NCBI GenBank assembly: GCA_054600435.1
Contig: BAAIJX010000002.1
Location: 434,001 to 498,000 of the forward strand
Direction: 5' to 3'
Source of the DNA: Neophaeotheca triangularis
Lineage: Eukaryota
Length of the DNA: 64,000 bases
The translations under genes and the position numbers were made by a program. The stretch's first letter is position 1; every line of letters starts with the position of its first letter. Shown here piece by piece: positions 60,953-64,000 of the stretch. Below the pieces are notes generated by a model, which had not been told where the DNA came from, ran no database searches, and worked only from the letters and a program-made list of their open reading frames with translations.

Positions 60953-62506
60953 ATGGACAGGTATGCTGTCTTTCGTCTTTCGTCGTGAGCGTCTTCAAAC
61001 CCATTCGTACCTTGTAGTAATATGTTCTCGTTCAGATCTCGGTCTGTTAGAGACACACGCGGCGGCACTGGTCGCTACACGAACGAGTCCTCGATCCTTC
61101 CGAGATGGAGAACACCTTCCCCTCAATCTGCCTCTATGATACCACCACCCATTGTCCAGAGCGTACGAAAGCCTTCTCCAGGACAGAGTGCGAGATCCAT
61201 CGTTTTCGAACAACCGGCAGCGCAGCTTGAACGAGAGGATGTCCTGCAAGCAGATCTACAGTTTCTGCTTGACGCGCAAGCAGAAGGGCTTCTCAAAGGA
61301 CTTGGAAAGGGCGTTAACAACGACGATGAATCGAATGGGAGTGTAACACCAACGACATCAAGTGTTGGCGGCTATTCAGCGCGAAAAGAGACAAAACCGA
61401 GGAAGCGCAGGCCGGGGCTGCGAAGCGCTCGGAACGGCATCTACAACAGCATCCTCGCCCTGTCAGAGATCAAGGACGAAGAGTTGCAAACGGCAGACAG
61501 CGAGGTTCTAGAAAAAGAGGAAACACTCGAGCGCATCAGCGAATGGGAGCAGAAGCGGCAAGGTCTATTGGAGGCCACCGACAGCATTCAAGAAGACGAG
61601 GAGACAATTCGGTCCCAGCGATTTGGGCAGGAAGCCAACGTACTACAAGAGGAGATCAATAACATGGAGATGCAGCTTTCAAACATGAAGGCCCGCCACA
61701 GAAAGCTCGTGAGGCAAGCTGCAGACGCAGAAAATTCCGTGCAAGCGAAATTGGCATCGTACACTTCAAGCTTGTCCCTGTTAGAGGCGGACGTACGGAA
61801 ATTCTTGTCGGCGGAGCCTGATCACGCTTCCAGTCCGCAATTGGGTAACATTACCTCGTCGATGTGGCAGCTACCTCCGAAGCGCAGAACTTTAGAGATG
61901 GCTCTGTCCGAATTCAATCACGAACGCGATGTGGCTCGGAGGAGGAGAGGAGTCGTGGAACAGGAGAAAGAGGCTCTAGACGAGGGCGCGAAGATATGGG
62001 GCCGGGTAGTAACACAGATATCCGAGTTCGAGAGACTTCTTCGTTCAAACGTGCCACACCAAGGCGGGCCTTCGTCGGAGTCCTCCACTCAAGCCTGGGA
62101 GGACCAGGAAGAGGACAAACCCGAAGATCCAACCAAAGGCTTGAAGGCTCTATTGGATACTTTGTCGGTACTCGTCGGGTCCCTGGAGAACGACTTGAAA
62201 CACGTTCATGAAAGGCGTTGGAATCTGCTCATCGCAGCGATAGGTGCGGAATTGGAGGCACTTCGTCAGGGGCAGAGCATCTTGGAAGGTTTGGTGGGCA
62301 ATGCAAGAACGCAACATATTTCACACGACGATCAGGGTGTAGGCGATGGCGGCGATAGGAAGGCCCAAGGCGAGGAGATCCATAGCATGGACCAGGGGTT
62401 TGCACCGTCGAAGAGACAACCTTCGAGCCAGGCGACATCTGACACAGACGAAGATGCCCCCCCTGAAGAGCTTCTGTTCTCGAAGCACGCAGTAGATACA
62501 GATTGA
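60953..62506 (+). CDS. ATG28: Coiled-coil protein, autophagy-related Atg28-like (~498 aa)
   Basis: Main ORF 61022-62506. A probable 8-nt first exon 60953-60960 and intron 60961-61017 are in frame. LQFLLDAQAEGL, ENSVQAKLASY, RRTLEMA and WNLLIAAIGAELEA match my recollection of filamentous-fungal proteins annotated Atg28. Confidence 0.68.
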
Positions 62507-62892
62507 GTATGTGATCCGCGTCGCTGCCAATTAGAGAGGATATGATGCCCTGTGAGCTCGTTTGCGGTTCAAAAGTTGTCTGGCGAGGCAACCAGGAGGC
62601 TGTTCTGTTCTGCGAAGTTGACCATGCGGCACAACACGGAATCGGCGACTTTGCCGTGACCCGCAGCCTGCATGTCATGTACAATATGATGTCGGGTGCT
62701 TTTACTTGCCGAGGATCCGTCGCGGAACATCAACAAGCCCTTAGCACGGACGCCTTGAATGTTGCCAAGCACGAGAAAGCTTCTTCGCGAACATGATTAT
62801 CTCCAACCTCCACTTCTTCTCAGTGCCTCTTCGCATCCATCCCTACAACCTAAAGAAGCCCAGCAGCAGCAGCAGCAGCAATAATAATAATA

Positions 62893-63582
62893 ATGCATTT
62901 CTTTACCATCCTCTCCGGCTTCGCAACTGCCGCGCTTGCCCAAAACATCAGCTTCGAGCCAGGCACCGGCACCAGGTCCCTATGGGTATGCGCTAAATGG
63001 AGGAGCATGACCAACCAAAACACCAGGCTTGTCTGACGAGCAATTTGTAGATCCCCTTCAAGACTGCCACGAACCTGGAGGCTTCCATCTTGAATAACGT
63101 GAGTCTCGGATGGACAGACACATCACATACTCGACCTATTACTAACTTTCCACGCAAAAGTCTGGGGACAAGAACAACCAAACAACCTATGTGGTGTCTT
63201 GCGCCACTCCAGCGCCGCAGTGCGACATTGGGCCCAACCTCACCCTTACCCAAGGCCCTACCACCGCCATGTACAGGACCGAGAACGCAGCCGGGTGAGT
63301 ATTACGGGCGCACTTCCAATATCACGCGCGATTGTGCCGACTAACACCGTCCTCAGCTGGGCCGACCTCAGATGTAGCATGAACGGCACCGAGTCTGCCG
63401 TCTGCAAGAACTTGGCGACCGATTCCTCCACAAACTTTTTCGAGCGCCGCACCACTACGCTGACGGAGAAGCAGCCCTATGTGGCTGTGCACGTGACTGC
63501 CACCATGGACGATGGAGACGACGAGACCCCTGCGACTGCGAGCGCGAGCGCGACTGCAGAGCCCACCGAGACCGACGACTAG
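62893..63582 (+). CDS. Small secreted 4-Cys, Thr-rich cell-wall-like protein (~166 aa)
   Basis: Exons 62893-62985, 63051-63098, 63161-63294, 63357-63582 (501 nt in frame). Signal peptide MHFFTILSGFATAALA. LEASI..TTYVVSC..C..LTLTQGPTT..C..NGTESAVC. Confidence 0.75.
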
Positions 63583-64000
63583 GACTTCCACTGATTCGAC
63601 TTGAGAAATGAGTGGAGCGAAGACCTGACCACTCGGTATCTGTTGGAGGTTGGAAGCTTGCACGACTTTCGCGTGGCAAAGTGTATGGAGGATTCCTGGC
63701 GTTTTAATGTAGCTCTCAATTACCCGAAAAGACGCAACCTTGGCTTTTCTGGCACATAAATACAAATACAACTTTTCGAATCTCCTATCATTGTCTTGTC
63801 TTGTCTCCTTGGATCACTTGCAAGTTGATCGCTGGGTATCTCGCTACTCTATACAGGCGTGTAGAATCACTACGAAGGCACCATACAAACCTATCCCAAC
63901 TCAGCAGCCACCTCAGCTATGACCTGCCGTGCTCAATCTCGGACGGCCGTTCCACCAAAACAACCTCTACCGGCCCCTTCTCATCATTTCGGCTCGCCAT

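Overview
Eukaryotic, intron-containing DNA from a filamentous ascomycete (Pezizomycotina). A Dothideomycete is my impression only, not a tested assignment. The window is gene-dense: about 29 protein-coding loci, most with short 46-78 nt GT-AG introns and CTRAC branch points, which I resolved by hand and checked for frame. Recognisable genes are NNF1 (partial), an ACSF3/MatB-like acyl-CoA synthetase, SSADH, an Ady2/Gpr1 transporter, an SDR, an AAA ATPase, a Djp1/Caj1-type DnaJ, nudC, LYS12, a cytochrome b5-fused acyl-CoA dehydrogenase, a cupin, a PH-domain protein, a C2H2 transcription factor, an F-box-like protein, CAB4/PPAT, a DCAF7-like WD40, an alpha/beta hydrolase, SUR7/PalI, PNG1, WDR6/TRM734 and an ATG28-like protein. 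No tRNA, rRNA, transposon or CRISPR features were seen. The best leads are: (1) an intronless RecJ-type DHH phosphoesterase with all catalytic motifs intact, NLS-like patches, a C-terminal PIP-box-like motif and a possible alternative mitochondrial presequence; (2) a secreted serine hydrolase fused to four WSC domains and a PAN/apple-like module; (3) a spliced 63-aa basic microprotein not visible in the ORF track; (4) PNG1 with its catalytic Cys replaced by Val; (5) a 7-exon acidic secreted beta-helix-like protein. All family assignments come from motif recognition, not database searches.
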